A DNA stretch of 64,000 bases from an uncultured Candidatus Saccharibacteria bacterium (lineage in GTDB: Bacteria > Patescibacteriota > Minisyncoccia > Phycocordibacterales > UBA6065), in contig CAZBVG010000004.1 in NCBI GenBank assembly GCA_964495425.1, forward strand, positions 63,633-127,632, written 5' to 3'. Both the position numbers and the translations under genes were made by a program. Shown one piece after another: positions 1 to 9,333 of the stretch; within the stretch, counting starts at the first letter, position 1, and each line of letters begins with the position of its first letter. Below the pieces are notes generated by a model. The model ran no database searches, had not been told where the DNA came from, and was given only the letters and a program-made list of their open reading frames with translations.

Positions 1-2
1 TT

Positions 3-2510
3 AAGGCCCACAGCAAACAAGATTTCTTTATTATATTTTCCACCATTGCTTGTATCGTAATTGGTATAGCAATTCTCTGGGTTGCTTCACTTCGTCTCCC
101 TGATCTATCGTCTTTCGAGCAACGAAAAGTGCTTGAATCTACCAAAATATACGATCGTACAGGTAAAGTGCTTTTATATGACTTTAATGATGGAGTAAAA
201 AGAACCATCATCCCTTCAGAAGAAATCTCCCCTCTTCTAAAAAAGGCTACTGTCGCCATAGAGGATGCGGATTTTTATAATCATAATGGTATAAAAATAA
301 GCTCAATCATCCGTGCGGTATTCGCTAACATTATGAGCGGAGGTTATGGTCAAGGAGGTTCAACAATCACTCAACAGGTTGTTAAAAACACCCTTCTCAC
401 TACCGACAAACACATTTCTCGAAAACTTAAGGAGTGGGTTTTGGCTATCAAACTTGATAAGGCTCTCTCTAAAGATGCGATCCTCACAAGCTATCTCAAC
501 GAAAACCCTTACGGCGGTAGTATTTATGGTGTTGAAGAAGCAGCAAAACAGTTTTACGCAAAAAGCGCTAAAGATGTAACATTAGCCGAAGCTGCATACC
601 TCGCTGCTATTCCTCAAGCGACAACCTATTACTCTCCTTATGGAAATAATTTTGACAAACTTGAGGAACGAAAAAATTTGGTTTTAAGAAAGATGCTTGA
701 AAATGGTTCTATTACTCAAGCAGACTACGATGCCGCTCTCCAAGAGAAAGTTCGTTTCCAACCACAAGAACAATTTGGAATAAAAGCTCCTCATTTTGTT
801 TTCTTTGTGAAAGATTATCTTGAAAAGGTTCTCAATATCGACTCAATAGATGAAGGGGGTTATCGTGTCATCACTTCCCTAGACACCGATCTTCAGGAAA
901 AAGCTGAGGATTTGGTAAAAGCTACCGCTCTTTCAAATACCGAGAACTTTAACGCAAGCAATGCTGCACTTATTGCGCTTGATCCTAAAACTGGAGGAAT
1001 TCTATCGATGGTAGGTTCTCGAGACTACTTTGATAAAGAAATTGATGGAAAATTTAATGTTTCAATCGCTCCAAATCGCCAACCAGGTTCAACGATGAAA
1101 CCTATTGTTTATGCTGAAGCGTTTACCAAAGGATATACACCAGAAACCGTACTCTTTGATCTTCAAACCGAATTTTCAAGCGAATGTACTGTTGAAGGTA
1201 AGCCTATAAAAGAAGGTGTTGATCCGGAGGTTTGTTACATGCCACAAAATTATGATGACCTTTTCCGTGGGCCAATGACGATGCGTGATGCGTTAGCACA
1301 ATCAATCAACATTGTGGCGATTAAGACCCTTTATCTCGCAGGTCTTCGTGACTCTCTTGCCTTGGCAAAGGATATGGGAATCACAAGTCTCACCAATACT
1401 GATCGATATGGCCTTACGTTAGTGCTTGGAGGTGGTGAAATATCACTCCTAGAGATGACAAGCGCCTATGGAGTATTTGCAAATGACGGTACACGAGTAG
1501 CCTACAGGCCAGTTATACAAGTTTTTGACTCAAAAGGTGGTGAAATTAGACTTCCTACCCAAAAACAGAATCGAGTTATCACAGAAAACGTAGCACGAAC
1601 AATCTCAAGTATTCTTTCTGACAATACCGCGCGAACCCCAGCATATGGACCAAACTCTGTGCTTTATTTCCCTTCTCGAGATGTAGCGGTAAAAACTGGT
1701 ACCACAAACGACTCACGAGATGCGTGGACAATTGGATACTCCCCTAACATTGTTGTAGGTGTATGGGCAGGAAATAATGACAACTCACCGATGGTTAAAA
1801 AGGTTGCGGGACAAATTGTTGCCCCTATGTGGAGTTCATTTATGAAACAAGCTCTTGCTGTACTACCCGATGAACGATTCCCTCTCCCTATTTCCCCTGA
1901 TCCAACAACACTTAAACCTGTTATGAAAGGTATCTGGCAGGGTGGCGAAACATATGTAATCGACACAGTTTCAAATAAACTCGCAACCGAGTTCACACCA
2001 CCGGAAACCCGAAAGGAAATTGCAATTCAATCTGTTCATTCAATTCTTCATTGGGTTGATAAAACAAATCCACTTGGTCCAGCTCCGCTTGATCCAACAA
2101 AAGATTCTCAGTATGAACATTGGGAAGCTCCTATTCGAAAATGGGCACAAGAACGTGGATACACTGATCAAAACTCATCAGTAATACCAACCCAGTCAGA
2201 TGACGTGCATACCGCAAACAACTCACTTTCTGTCACAATTCAAAATATTGATTCTGCAAAAAAATACGGTCTTAACGAAACAGTAAGCGTACACGTATCA
2301 GCAACAGGTAAATACCAGCTCACAAAGGCATCATTATATGTTAATAATGTGTTTGTAGAGACCTTGGATAGAGGACCATTTGTTTTTAGATTCACCCCAA
2401 GAGATCTTTCTCGAATCGAGGAAATGAATGAAATACGTATAGTTGGATATGATTCGGTATATAACAAAGATGAAGCTCTGTCTCAATTCTCTGTAGCGCT
2501 CGATAATTAA
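3..2510 (+). CDS. Class A penicillin-binding protein (transglycosylase GT51 + transpeptidase), 5' partial at window edge
   Basis: The frame is open from nt 3 and encodes a TM helix before the listed ORF. The GT51 motif region GGSTITQQVVKN and a transpeptidase region are present. Listed ORF is 129..2510. Confidence 0.85.
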   Translation, partial: KAHSKQDFFIIFSTIACIVIGIAILWVASLRLPDLSSFEQRKVLESTKIYDRTGKVLLYDFNDGVKRTIIPSEEISPLLKKATVAIEDADFYNHNGIKISSIIRAVFANIMSGGYGQGGSTITQQVVKNTLLTTDKHISRKLKEWVLAIKLDKALSKDAILTSYLNENPYGGSIYGVEEAAKQFYAKSAKDVTLAEAAYLAAIPQATTYYSPYGNNFDKLEERKNLVLRKMLENGSITQADYDAALQEKVRFQPQEQFGIKAPHFVFFVKDYLEKVLNIDSIDEGGYRVITSLDTDLQEKAEDLVKATALSNTENFNASNAALIALDPKTGGILSMVGSRDYFDKEIDGKFNVSIAPNRQPGSTMKPIVYAEAFTKGYTPETVLFDLQTEFSSECTVEGKPIKEGVDPEVCYMPQNYDDLFRGPMTMRDALAQSINIVAIKTLYLAGLRDSLALAKDMGITSLTNTDRYGLTLVLGGGEISLLEMTSAYGVFANDGTRVAYRPVIQVFDSKGGEIRLPTQKQNRVITENVARTISSILSDNTARTPAYGPNSVLYFPSRDVAVKTGTTNDSRDAWTIGYSPNIVVGVWAGNNDNSPMVKKVAGQIVAPMWSSFMKQALAVLPDERFPLPISPDPTTLKPVMKGIWQGGETYVIDTVSNKLATEFTPPETRKEIAIQSVHSILHWVDKTNPLGPAPLDPTKDSQYEHWEAPIRKWAQERGYTDQNSSVIPTQSDDVHTANNSLSVTIQNIDSAKKYGLNETVSVHVSATGKYQLTKASLYVNNVFVETLDRGPFVFRFTPRDLSRIEEMNEIRIVGYDSVYNKDEALSQFSVALDN

Positions 2511-2523
2511 GAAATATCATAAA

Positions 2524-2552
2524 CAAAACCACCTGCATGTAGGTGGTTTTGT
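2524..2552. terminator. Bidirectional rho-independent terminator between the convergent PBP gene and the DUF721-like gene
   Basis: Hairpin aaaccacctgcatgtaggtggtttt flanked by A/T runs. Confidence 0.6.
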
Positions 2553-2804
2553 TTATCGCACATCATATATTTTACTCTGCGGGTGCTTTTTCTTGATCGC
2601 TTCAATTAACGCTGCCTTGCGGGTAAAAATAAGAGATTTTGCCATAGGTGAGCCTTTTATATACAAAATCCCCTTCTTTAGTTCAAAGCCAACTCCTTCA
2701 ATATTACAAATTTCTTTAAGAGCTGACTTAATTGAATCACTTTGAAGAATAGATCCTTCCTCGATTTGTGAAAACTTCTTGAAATAGTCAGCAATGTTGA
2801 ACAT
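2553..2804 (-). CDS. Small DUF721-like (DciA/YaaA-position) protein downstream of dnaN
   Basis: 83 aa, immediately downstream of dnaN in the dnaA-dnaN operon position. The C-terminal pattern GILYIKGSPMAKSLIFTRKAALIEAI resembles the DUF721 core. From memory only, no search run. Confidence 0.4.
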   Translation of the reverse strand: MFNIADYFKKFSQIEEGSILQSDSIKSALKEICNIEGVGFELKKGILYIKGSPMAKSLIFTRKAALIEAIKKKHPQSKIYDVR

Positions 2805-2823
2805 AAAACCTTCGTATTAGGCT

Positions 2824-3924
2824 TTATCTGTTCATTGGCATCACGAGATAGGTGAAAGACTTGTCAGACACACCCTTGAGTACCAATGGCTTGTTGGCGC
2901 CGCTTATAGAGAGAACCAGACTATCAGCATCAATCGACTGGAAACAATCTGCAATGTACTTATGATTGAAGTTTATATCTACATCCTGGCCAGTAATACT
3001 TGAATCAAGTGAGTTGGTGTACTCCCCCACATCACTATTTTTTGTTGAAATCACAAAACTCTTCTTTGAAGGAAGTGCTTTTACGTTTACTTGATTAAAC
3101 TTATCTGAAAATACGTTTGAAGTTTTAAGTGAATCTACAAAATCCTGCTTCAAAATAACAACCTCGGTAACAAATGACTTTGGAATGATCTGTCGATAAT
3201 CCGGGAATGTCGCATCGATTACTCGAGACATCAAATAAATGTCTTTTGATTCAAAAGCAATCTGATTTTTATCAAAAAGCACTTTAATATCATCCGAAAG
3301 ACCATCGAGAGTGCGAATTATATCAGCAACATTCTTTGCTGGAACAATAACCGACGGAAAATCTATCGAATCCTTAACCTTCACCCTCTTTTCTGCGAGT
3401 CTAAACGAATCTGTCGACACAAATACCAAGTCAGAATCTTCCTTAAATACATAGACGCTTGAGAGTTCAGGCTTTACTGTAGACAAAGAAGCGCTATAAA
3501 CAACAGATTTGAAACCTTTTACGAGAAGTTTTGGGCTAATCTCGATTATCTTATTAGTTTCCAGCTTTGGAATTGAAGGGAAATCATCAGTTGGGAATGT
3601 TTTGATGAGAGTTGTGTTAGTTGAGGTTGAAATAACCACATTTCCATCCTTAGACTCAAGAGTAATATTCTTTTCCTTTGGAAGTCCGGCAAGAAGAGAG
3701 CTGATAACACCTCCCTGAAGGGCAATTTCACCCTCCTGTTCAACTTTAGCTGGAATCTTGATCTCTATACCACAATCAAGATTTGTCGCTCGTATAACGA
3801 GAGAATTTTTAGACGCGGATAAATTAATACATGAAAGAATTGGTAACGAAAGATTCTTACCTGTTAGACGATCAGCCTTTGAAATTCCTTCAATCAGTTT
3901 TTCTTTGATGCATTCGATTTTCAT
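2824..3924 (-). CDS. dnaN: DNA polymerase III beta sliding clamp
   Basis: 366 aa, typical three-domain clamp length, immediately downstream of dnaA. N-terminus MKIECIKEKLIEGI is typical. Confidence 0.9.
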   Translation of the reverse strand: MKIECIKEKLIEGISKADRLTGKNLSLPILSCINLSASKNSLVIRATNLDCGIEIKIPAKVEQEGEIALQGGVISSLLAGLPKEKNITLESKDGNVVISTSTNTTLIKTFPTDDFPSIPKLETNKIIEISPKLLVKGFKSVVYSASLSTVKPELSSVYVFKEDSDLVFVSTDSFRLAEKRVKVKDSIDFPSVIVPAKNVADIIRTLDGLSDDIKVLFDKNQIAFESKDIYLMSRVIDATFPDYRQIIPKSFVTEVVILKQDFVDSLKTSNVFSDKFNQVNVKALPSKKSFVISTKNSDVGEYTNSLDSSITGQDVDINFNHKYIADCFQSIDADSLVLSISGANKPLVLKGVSDKSFTYLVMPMNR

Positions 3925-4154
3925 GTTCCTAGTATATCTTTATATTTATTCTATTAAGAAGACTATTACTTCTAATAGCAGTGTGAATATGTGAATAACT
4001 TTTTATATGGCTTTGTATAAGGATATTCCATATATTTTTTCTAAAGATTCTGTGGATAATCACAGATCTATTTTGAACAACATATTCACAAAGTGAACTT
4101 ATACCCCTTTTTATCCACACTTCCCCACGTCTTGTCCCCAACAAACTAACACAC
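3925..4154. promoter_or_regulatory. Candidate oriC in the AT-rich dnaA-dnaN spacer
   Basis: Perfect DnaA boxes TGTGGATAA at 4051-4059 and TTATCCACA at 4111-4119. The 230 bp spacer is AT-rich. Confidence 0.5.
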
Positions 4155-5498
4155 TTATGAGATGAGAGATCGTATATGATTTACTTCCTGAAGAAGTACC
4201 TGGTTGGACTTTATCTCCTCTTTAACCTTTTCGCAAGAATGAATAACTGTCGTATGATCACGACCTCCAAGTTTCTCACCAATAGATGGGTAAGAAATAT
4301 TCATATCCTCTCGTAAAAGATACATGATTACCTGTCGTGGTTTCACCACTTCTTTCTTTCGTGTCTTCTCGTAAATGTTGTTTTCCTCAATATTATAGAA
4401 ATCTGAGACGATTTTAACGACATCTTTAATAGAAATAAGTTTCTTTGGCTTTGCACTATTCTTTATGAGGTTTTTTATCTCTAAAATGTTAAGTTCTCTT
4501 CCTCGAACTTGAGTTTGCATCACAATAGAGTTGATAATTCCCTCTAATTCTCGAATATTTCCATCAACTGAGCTTGCAAGAAAATCTAAAATGTCAGATG
4601 AAAGACCAACATTTTGCTTGGCAAGCTTATTTTTAAGGATAATTAAGCGTGATTCATAGTCTGGAGCTGCAACATCTACAATCATTCCTGATCCAAGACG
4701 AGATTTAATACGATCCTCGAGGTCAGGCATGTGGTTAGGATGCTGATCTGAAGAACAGATAAGCTGCTTATTATTTTCCTTGAGAGTATTGAAGAGGTGG
4801 AAGAACTCTTCTTGTGACTTTTCCTTGCTTGAGAAGAATTGTACGTCATCCATGATGAGTACATCATACTTTCGATATTTTTCTTTGAACTGATTCGCCT
4901 TACCAAGCTGAAGTGAATTCATAAAATCAACCGCAAAACGCTCAGAAGTCACATAATATACTTTCTTTGAAGGATCTTTTGCTTTAATATGATTCCCTAC
5001 CGCCTGCATAAGGTGAGTTTTACCTCGTCCTGTACCTCCGTAAATATAAAGAGGGTTATAAGCTATACCAGGATTTTTGATCACCGCCTGTGCAGCTGCG
5101 TGAGCAAGTTCATTAAATGGCCCAACCACAAAGGTATCAAAGGTATATTTAGGATTGAGGTTGTCATCCTTGCTTACATAGAACTCCTGAAGAGGTAATT
5201 CATATACGGGAGCAGCTTTCTGCTCAATTTCAAGAGGAGCTTTTCGTTCTTGATTTTTAGAAATAACATATTCAAGCGCGCGGACGTCGTTTCCAAAATC
5301 TCGAAGGTGCTTCAATATAGTTTTGTGAAATTTGCTCGAGAGCCACTCTTTTGCAAAGACACTTGGTACTGCCACATAGATAACACCATCATCCTGTTTG
5401 TGGATATATGTGTCTTTAAACCACATATTGAAGTTCGCCTTCGAGACCTGAAGCTCAACTGTCCCCAAAACGCTATCCCACAATTTTTTTGTATCCAT
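4155..5498 (-). CDS. dnaA: Chromosomal replication initiator DnaA
   Basis: AAA+ Walker A GGTGRGKTHL, Walker B-like DDVQF, and a C-terminal domain IV DNA-binding region (HTTVIHSCEKV). Confidence 0.95.
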   Translation of the reverse strand: MDTKKLWDSVLGTVELQVSKANFNMWFKDTYIHKQDDGVIYVAVPSVFAKEWLSSKFHKTILKHLRDFGNDVRALEYVISKNQERKAPLEIEQKAAPVYELPLQEFYVSKDDNLNPKYTFDTFVVGPFNELAHAAAQAVIKNPGIAYNPLYIYGGTGRGKTHLMQAVGNHIKAKDPSKKVYYVTSERFAVDFMNSLQLGKANQFKEKYRKYDVLIMDDVQFFSSKEKSQEEFFHLFNTLKENNKQLICSSDQHPNHMPDLEDRIKSRLGSGMIVDVAAPDYESRLIILKNKLAKQNVGLSSDILDFLASSVDGNIRELEGIINSIVMQTQVRGRELNILEIKNLIKNSAKPKKLISIKDVVKIVSDFYNIEENNIYEKTRKKEVVKPRQVIMYLLREDMNISYPSIGEKLGGRDHTTVIHSCEKVKEEIKSNQVLLQEVNHIRSLIS

Positions 5499-5657
5499 GG
5501 TTTTTTATTCGGAGGTGAAGTAAGTATAAAGGTTCCAAAAAATTGTAGTACTTGTGAGCATTAAGTAAATGTGTTAATAATATGTGAACAAGTTGTTGAC
5601 AAAGAGTCTTCGGACGCTCTGTACAGCAGAAGAGAAATAATATAGAGTACTTACCCT

Positions 5658-5795
5658 ATGGCAATTGTATACAAAACTAGAAATAGAAAGCGCGCACGAG
5701 CACACGGCTTTCTCGCCCGAAAAGCGTCACGAAACGGCAGAAATGTCCTTACTCGACGACGCCATAAAGGCCGAAAGAAGATAGTTAAGGTCTAA
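5658..5795 (+). CDS. rpmH: 50S ribosomal protein L34
   Basis: Hand translation [45 protein letters not shown] matches the L34 consensus (..NRKR..HGFR.R....GR.VL..RR.KGRK.L). Sits directly upstream of rnpA. Missing from the ORF track because it is under 60 aa. Confidence 0.85.
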   Translation: MAIVYKTRNRKRARAHGFLARKASRNGRNVLTRRRHKGRKKIVKV

Positions 5796-5801
5796 TCCCC
5801 T

Positions 5802-6128
5802 ATGCTCGCAAAGAAAGATCGGCTTACAGTCACAGATTTGGAAGCCCTCTCTCGTGGAATAAGCGTCTTTTCGACGCTTATTTCGTTGAGGTATTGTGAG
5901 GCACCCTCGCTCAAGTTTGCTGTATCAGTATCTAAAAAGGTTGCACCAAGCGCAGTGCTTCGTAATAGAATCCGTCGCCGAACTTACTCTATCGTGCAAA
6001 AATTGATGCCGCAGATTCAAAAGAAGGCGTTTATTATGCTTATGCCTAAAAAAGAGTTCGCGGGTAAGCCAATAGCTGAACTTGAGGTGGAAATGAAAGG
6101 AATATTCAGTAAGGCGCACCTTCTGTAG
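5802..6128 (+). CDS. rnpA: RNase P protein component
   Basis: 108 aa with the VSKKV..AV.RNRIRRR motif, between rpmH and yidC. Confidence 0.85.
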   Translation: MLAKKDRLTVTDLEALSRGISVFSTLISLRYCEAPSLKFAVSVSKKVAPSAVLRNRIRRRTYSIVQKLMPQIQKKAFIMLMPKKEFAGKPIAELEVEMKGIFSKAHLL

Positions 6129-6190
6129 TTCATTTGAGGTAGAGGCTTAAGTACGTTACTATTCTTAAGTATTCTTTTGACACTATAATC

Positions 6191-6928
6191 ATGCACTATC
6201 TATATACAACCTTTATTTATCATCCGCTCTATAATGGCCTTATTCTCCTTGGAGACCTGCTTCCCTTCCTTGATGCGGGTATTCTCATTATTATCTTTAC
6301 TATCATCGTAAAACTCATTCTTTTTCCGCTTTCAAAGAAGGCGGTGCGAACACAAGCAACCATGAAGCTTGTTGAGCCAGAGTTGAGAGCAATTAAAGAA
6401 AAGTTTAAAGATAACAAGCAGGCACAGGCGGTAGAGACGATGAAGTTGTATAAAGAGAAGCAGATTAACCCATTTTCAAGCATCTTCCTTCTCTTGATAC
6501 AGCTCCCTATCATCTTTGCTTTGTATAAAGTTTTCTCGGCAAGTAATTTTTCTGCGGTTAATACTGACATCTTATATTCTTTTGTGAAAGTCCCTGAGCA
6601 TATAAGCACAATGTTTTTGGGTCTTATAGATGTAACCCAAAAGAGTTTTATTTTAGCTATATTGGCAGCCATTTCTCAGTATTTTCAGATTAAATTTTCC
6701 GCACCAAATTTACCTCCTAAGTCTGAAAATGGATCATTTCAGGATGATTTCGCACGAAACATGCATGTTCAAATGAAGTACGTATTCCCTATTATGATCT
6801 TGTTCATTTCATATAACGTTGCTGCAGCTCTTGCGATCTACTGGGTGACCTCAAACCTCTTTATGATTGGCCAGGAGCTCTATATTCGAAAGCAGATGGC
6901 TCGTGAGCGTTTGGCGGCAGGTAAGTAA
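6191..6928 (+). CDS. yidC: Membrane protein insertase YidC (short Oxa1-type)
   Basis: 245 aa polytopic protein with a conserved KLILFPL..K...Q..M..L.PE....KEK region, in the rpmH-rnpA-yidC arrangement. Confidence 0.85.
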   Translation: MHYLYTTFIYHPLYNGLILLGDLLPFLDAGILIIIFTIIVKLILFPLSKKAVRTQATMKLVEPELRAIKEKFKDNKQAQAVETMKLYKEKQINPFSSIFLLLIQLPIIFALYKVFSASNFSAVNTDILYSFVKVPEHISTMFLGLIDVTQKSFILAILAAISQYFQIKFSAPNLPPKSENGSFQDDFARNMHVQMKYVFPIMILFISYNVAAALAIYWVTSNLFMIGQELYIRKQMARERLAAGK

Positions 6929-6947
6929 TAACAACATTGATATGTTA

Positions 6948-6972
6948 AAAGCGGCCATATGGCCGCTTTTAA
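6948..6972. terminator. Bidirectional terminator after yidC, between convergent genes
   Basis: Hairpin aaaagcggccatatggccgctttt. Confidence 0.6.
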
Positions 6973-6977
6973 GTTGT

Positions 6978-8219
6978 TTATTCTGTAAGTTCGTATCGCC
7001 ACACCGTCTGATCTTTTTTATTTTTAAATACGAGGACCGTTTCACTTTGATTGAGGTTGAGGTTGGTTATGTCCATGGAGCGACTGACTTCGAAAAGCGG
7101 GTTAAAGATCTCATTTGTTTCTCCTGTAGAAACATCAATTTTCCAAAGTGTATCACTAAATGAAACTTTACCTTTATACCAATCATCAGGAAAAGTACCG
7201 CTTGCAAGTGTTGTTGGACTTGCGCAATAAATAATATTTTTGTTTTTAACACTCCATACACATTTGTCAGCAAGAGCCACTATTCCAGTGTTTTCAGTGG
7301 TGAAAGTTTTAGTATTGTATATTGCTGATTTTATTGAGTTTCCGGAAGTGTATGAGAGAAACACGAAGGTTCCATCTATATTAGCAAGAGCAGATAGGCC
7401 ATTAAGGTCGTTACCTGCCTTTGTGTAAGTACCGTTTGTTGTGTTGAGAAGGTATGCTGCGCTCATTACCGAACCAGCCGGCCGAGGATAAATAGTGATA
7501 AGTGTCGGAGAAGACCATCGTGAAGTCCAGTCGCTAAACGAAGAAGAAAATACTGAAGTTTTTTCAGAGCCATCCATGTTTGCTGTTATACCACTAGAAC
7601 CAGCTGATGTTTTTAAGGTGTAGTAAATTTTTGTACCCAACGAAGTAATGTTTTGTATATTGTCCTGAAGAAAAGTTCCCTCAAGGGCTTCTTCGGGTGC
7701 ATTTAACGCTGAAATTGTTGCATAAAAGGTTTTTATAGTTTCTTCCTCCCCTTTTAGATATCGCAAGATAACTTTTGATCCATCATTTGACCACAGAGAT
7801 TCATATACTTTCGGTATAGTTACGCTGGAAATTTTTTTGATCTGAGCCGAGACATTGTTTGTTTCATAAATATGACCAGTTGCTCTTTCAATATAACGGA
7901 TCAGGGTACTACTGCCCATGTCGAAAACTATCGCTCCCGCCGCTGGAGTTTTTGATATTTGGCGAAGGCGTGGAAGACCTGTTGCACTATTGATTTCACC
8001 CACTTCTGCTGTAGATGATGATATGTCAACAAGTATACCTGTACCTGTTTGAGAATCAGAGCTTGAGTTTTGTCCAAAAGGAAAAAGATCAGTTGGTGAT
8101 GTAATTGGGGTCTCTGTTTGTGGGGTTATATCCCCTGTTCGTAAGAAGAAGTACCAACCAAAAAATCCAGAAACAATAAGTAGGAATGCTAGTACTAAGA
8201 AAAAAGTTTTTTTAGACAT
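6978..8219 (-). CDS. Membrane-anchored secreted protein, beta-rich; last gene of the T4SS-like operon
   Basis: The likely start is the internal Met (MSKKTFFLVLAFLLIV), 4 nt after the upstream stop. The listed ORF runs to 8300. It has an N-terminal TM and then a Ser/Thr/Gly-rich beta-type sequence, with no recognisable family. Confidence 0.5.
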   Translation of the reverse strand: MSKKTFFLVLAFLLIVSGFFGWYFFLRTGDITPQTETPITSPTDLFPFGQNSSSDSQTGTGILVDISSSTAEVGEINSATGLPRLRQISKTPAAGAIVFDMGSSTLIRYIERATGHIYETNNVSAQIKKISSVTIPKVYESLWSNDGSKVILRYLKGEEETIKTFYATISALNAPEEALEGTFLQDNIQNITSLGTKIYYTLKTSAGSSGITANMDGSEKTSVFSSSFSDWTSRWSSPTLITIYPRPAGSVMSAAYLLNTTNGTYTKAGNDLNGLSALANIDGTFVFLSYTSGNSIKSAIYNTKTFTTENTGIVALADKCVWSVKNKNIIYCASPTTLASGTFPDDWYKGKVSFSDTLWKIDVSTGETNEIFNPLFEVSRSMDITNLNLNQSETVLVFKNKKDQTVWRYELTE

Positions 8220-8223
8220 AGAT

Positions 8224-9333
8224 TTAATTTGATGGGAAGGTGAATACAGGTCGAACTGGTTTAGCCACAGTTTCAGTAGTAATTGGTGTATAGGTACCAC
8301 TCATGGTTGTTTTTGTCCCATTTCTCCAAGCCAGCATTTTCTCTAAATAAGTCATCTGTTGAGCAAGTTGATTTTCGATAGTTATGATTTCTTCATTAGA
8401 AAATACATTAGAACCAGAGTTGGTTTTTTGATCCCTCATACTTGATATAAGCTTTGCTGAGTCAACAGCAAGCTTATTTATATTTGCTCTGATTTGATCA
8501 GTACTGAATGTGTCGGCGTTTGTAGCATAAACGTTGGATAGTTCTGCTGCACTTGTGTACGAGTACAATTTTATTTGTGCATATTCAGCATTTGCTTTTG
8601 CCTGGATTGCAGCGTCTCTTTTATCTTGAAGCTCGTTAATTACGTCATCGGTTGCCCCTGCTGCGATTGCTGCATCAAGAGCCTTTTGTGCAGCTGTAGC
8701 AGTGTCGTTAAGTGAGTTCAATTCTCTATTTTTGACAGATATTTTATTACGGAGATCTTCTATTGCGACCTTAAGGGGATCAGATGAAAGGAGTTGGCAC
8801 GGCACCTTTTTTCCGTCTTTATCAAGAACACTGCATTCGACAGGTGTACCTAAACTCAAATCCACGTTAACAAGCTGAACGTTGATTGTTTGGAGAATAA
8901 GGAAAGCTGATAGAAGTAGAAGTAAACCCCAAAGAGCGCCATGCCAATGTTCTTTGGCAGCAGATTTGCCGGTTATGGCTTCGGTGGTCGCGTATTGAAT
9001 ACCTGCCCATATGATCATACCTATCGCAAGTATTGCAGCTATGCCGATCGCAACACCATAAACATTAGAGAGAACTTTTACAGGATTAGCTTTAACACAG
9101 CTGCTGGTATCACCATGGATATCTGGGACACAGCCGGTTGTTAAACCGGGTATTGTTGTAAGTGGGACATAGGTGCATCCAACAGGTACATAACCTCTTG
9201 CATCGGGCGCACAAGGGTCTACAGTAGCCGCCAAGGCGCTATTGGTACCAATGAAAAGAGAGGTGACTATGAATAGTATTGTGTAAATACTCAGTATTTG
9301 TTTAAGGATCGTTTTGTTGGATGATCTAATCAT
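8224..9333 (-). CDS. Putative T4SS pilin-like protein (TrbC/VirB2-like topology) with a long C-terminal coiled-coil extension
   Basis: Signal peptide, a Cys-containing segment, then two hydrophobic helices separated by a short loop (VAIGIAAILAIGMIIWAGIQY ... ALWGLLLLLSAFLIL), as in VirB2/TrbC pilins. Topology-based call only. Confidence 0.35.
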   Translation of the reverse strand: MIRSSNKTILKQILSIYTILFIVTSLFIGTNSALAATVDPCAPDARGYVPVGCTYVPLTTIPGLTTGCVPDIHGDTSSCVKANPVKVLSNVYGVAIGIAAILAIGMIIWAGIQYATTEAITGKSAAKEHWHGALWGLLLLLSAFLILQTINVQLVNVDLSLGTPVECSVLDKDGKKVPCQLLSSDPLKVAIEDLRNKISVKNRELNSLNDTATAAQKALDAAIAAGATDDVINELQDKRDAAIQAKANAEYAQIKLYSYTSAAELSNVYATNADTFSTDQIRANINKLAVDSAKLISSMRDQKTNSGSNVFSNEEIITIENQLAQQMTYLEKMLAWRNGTKTTMSGTYTPITTETVAKPVRPVFTFPSN

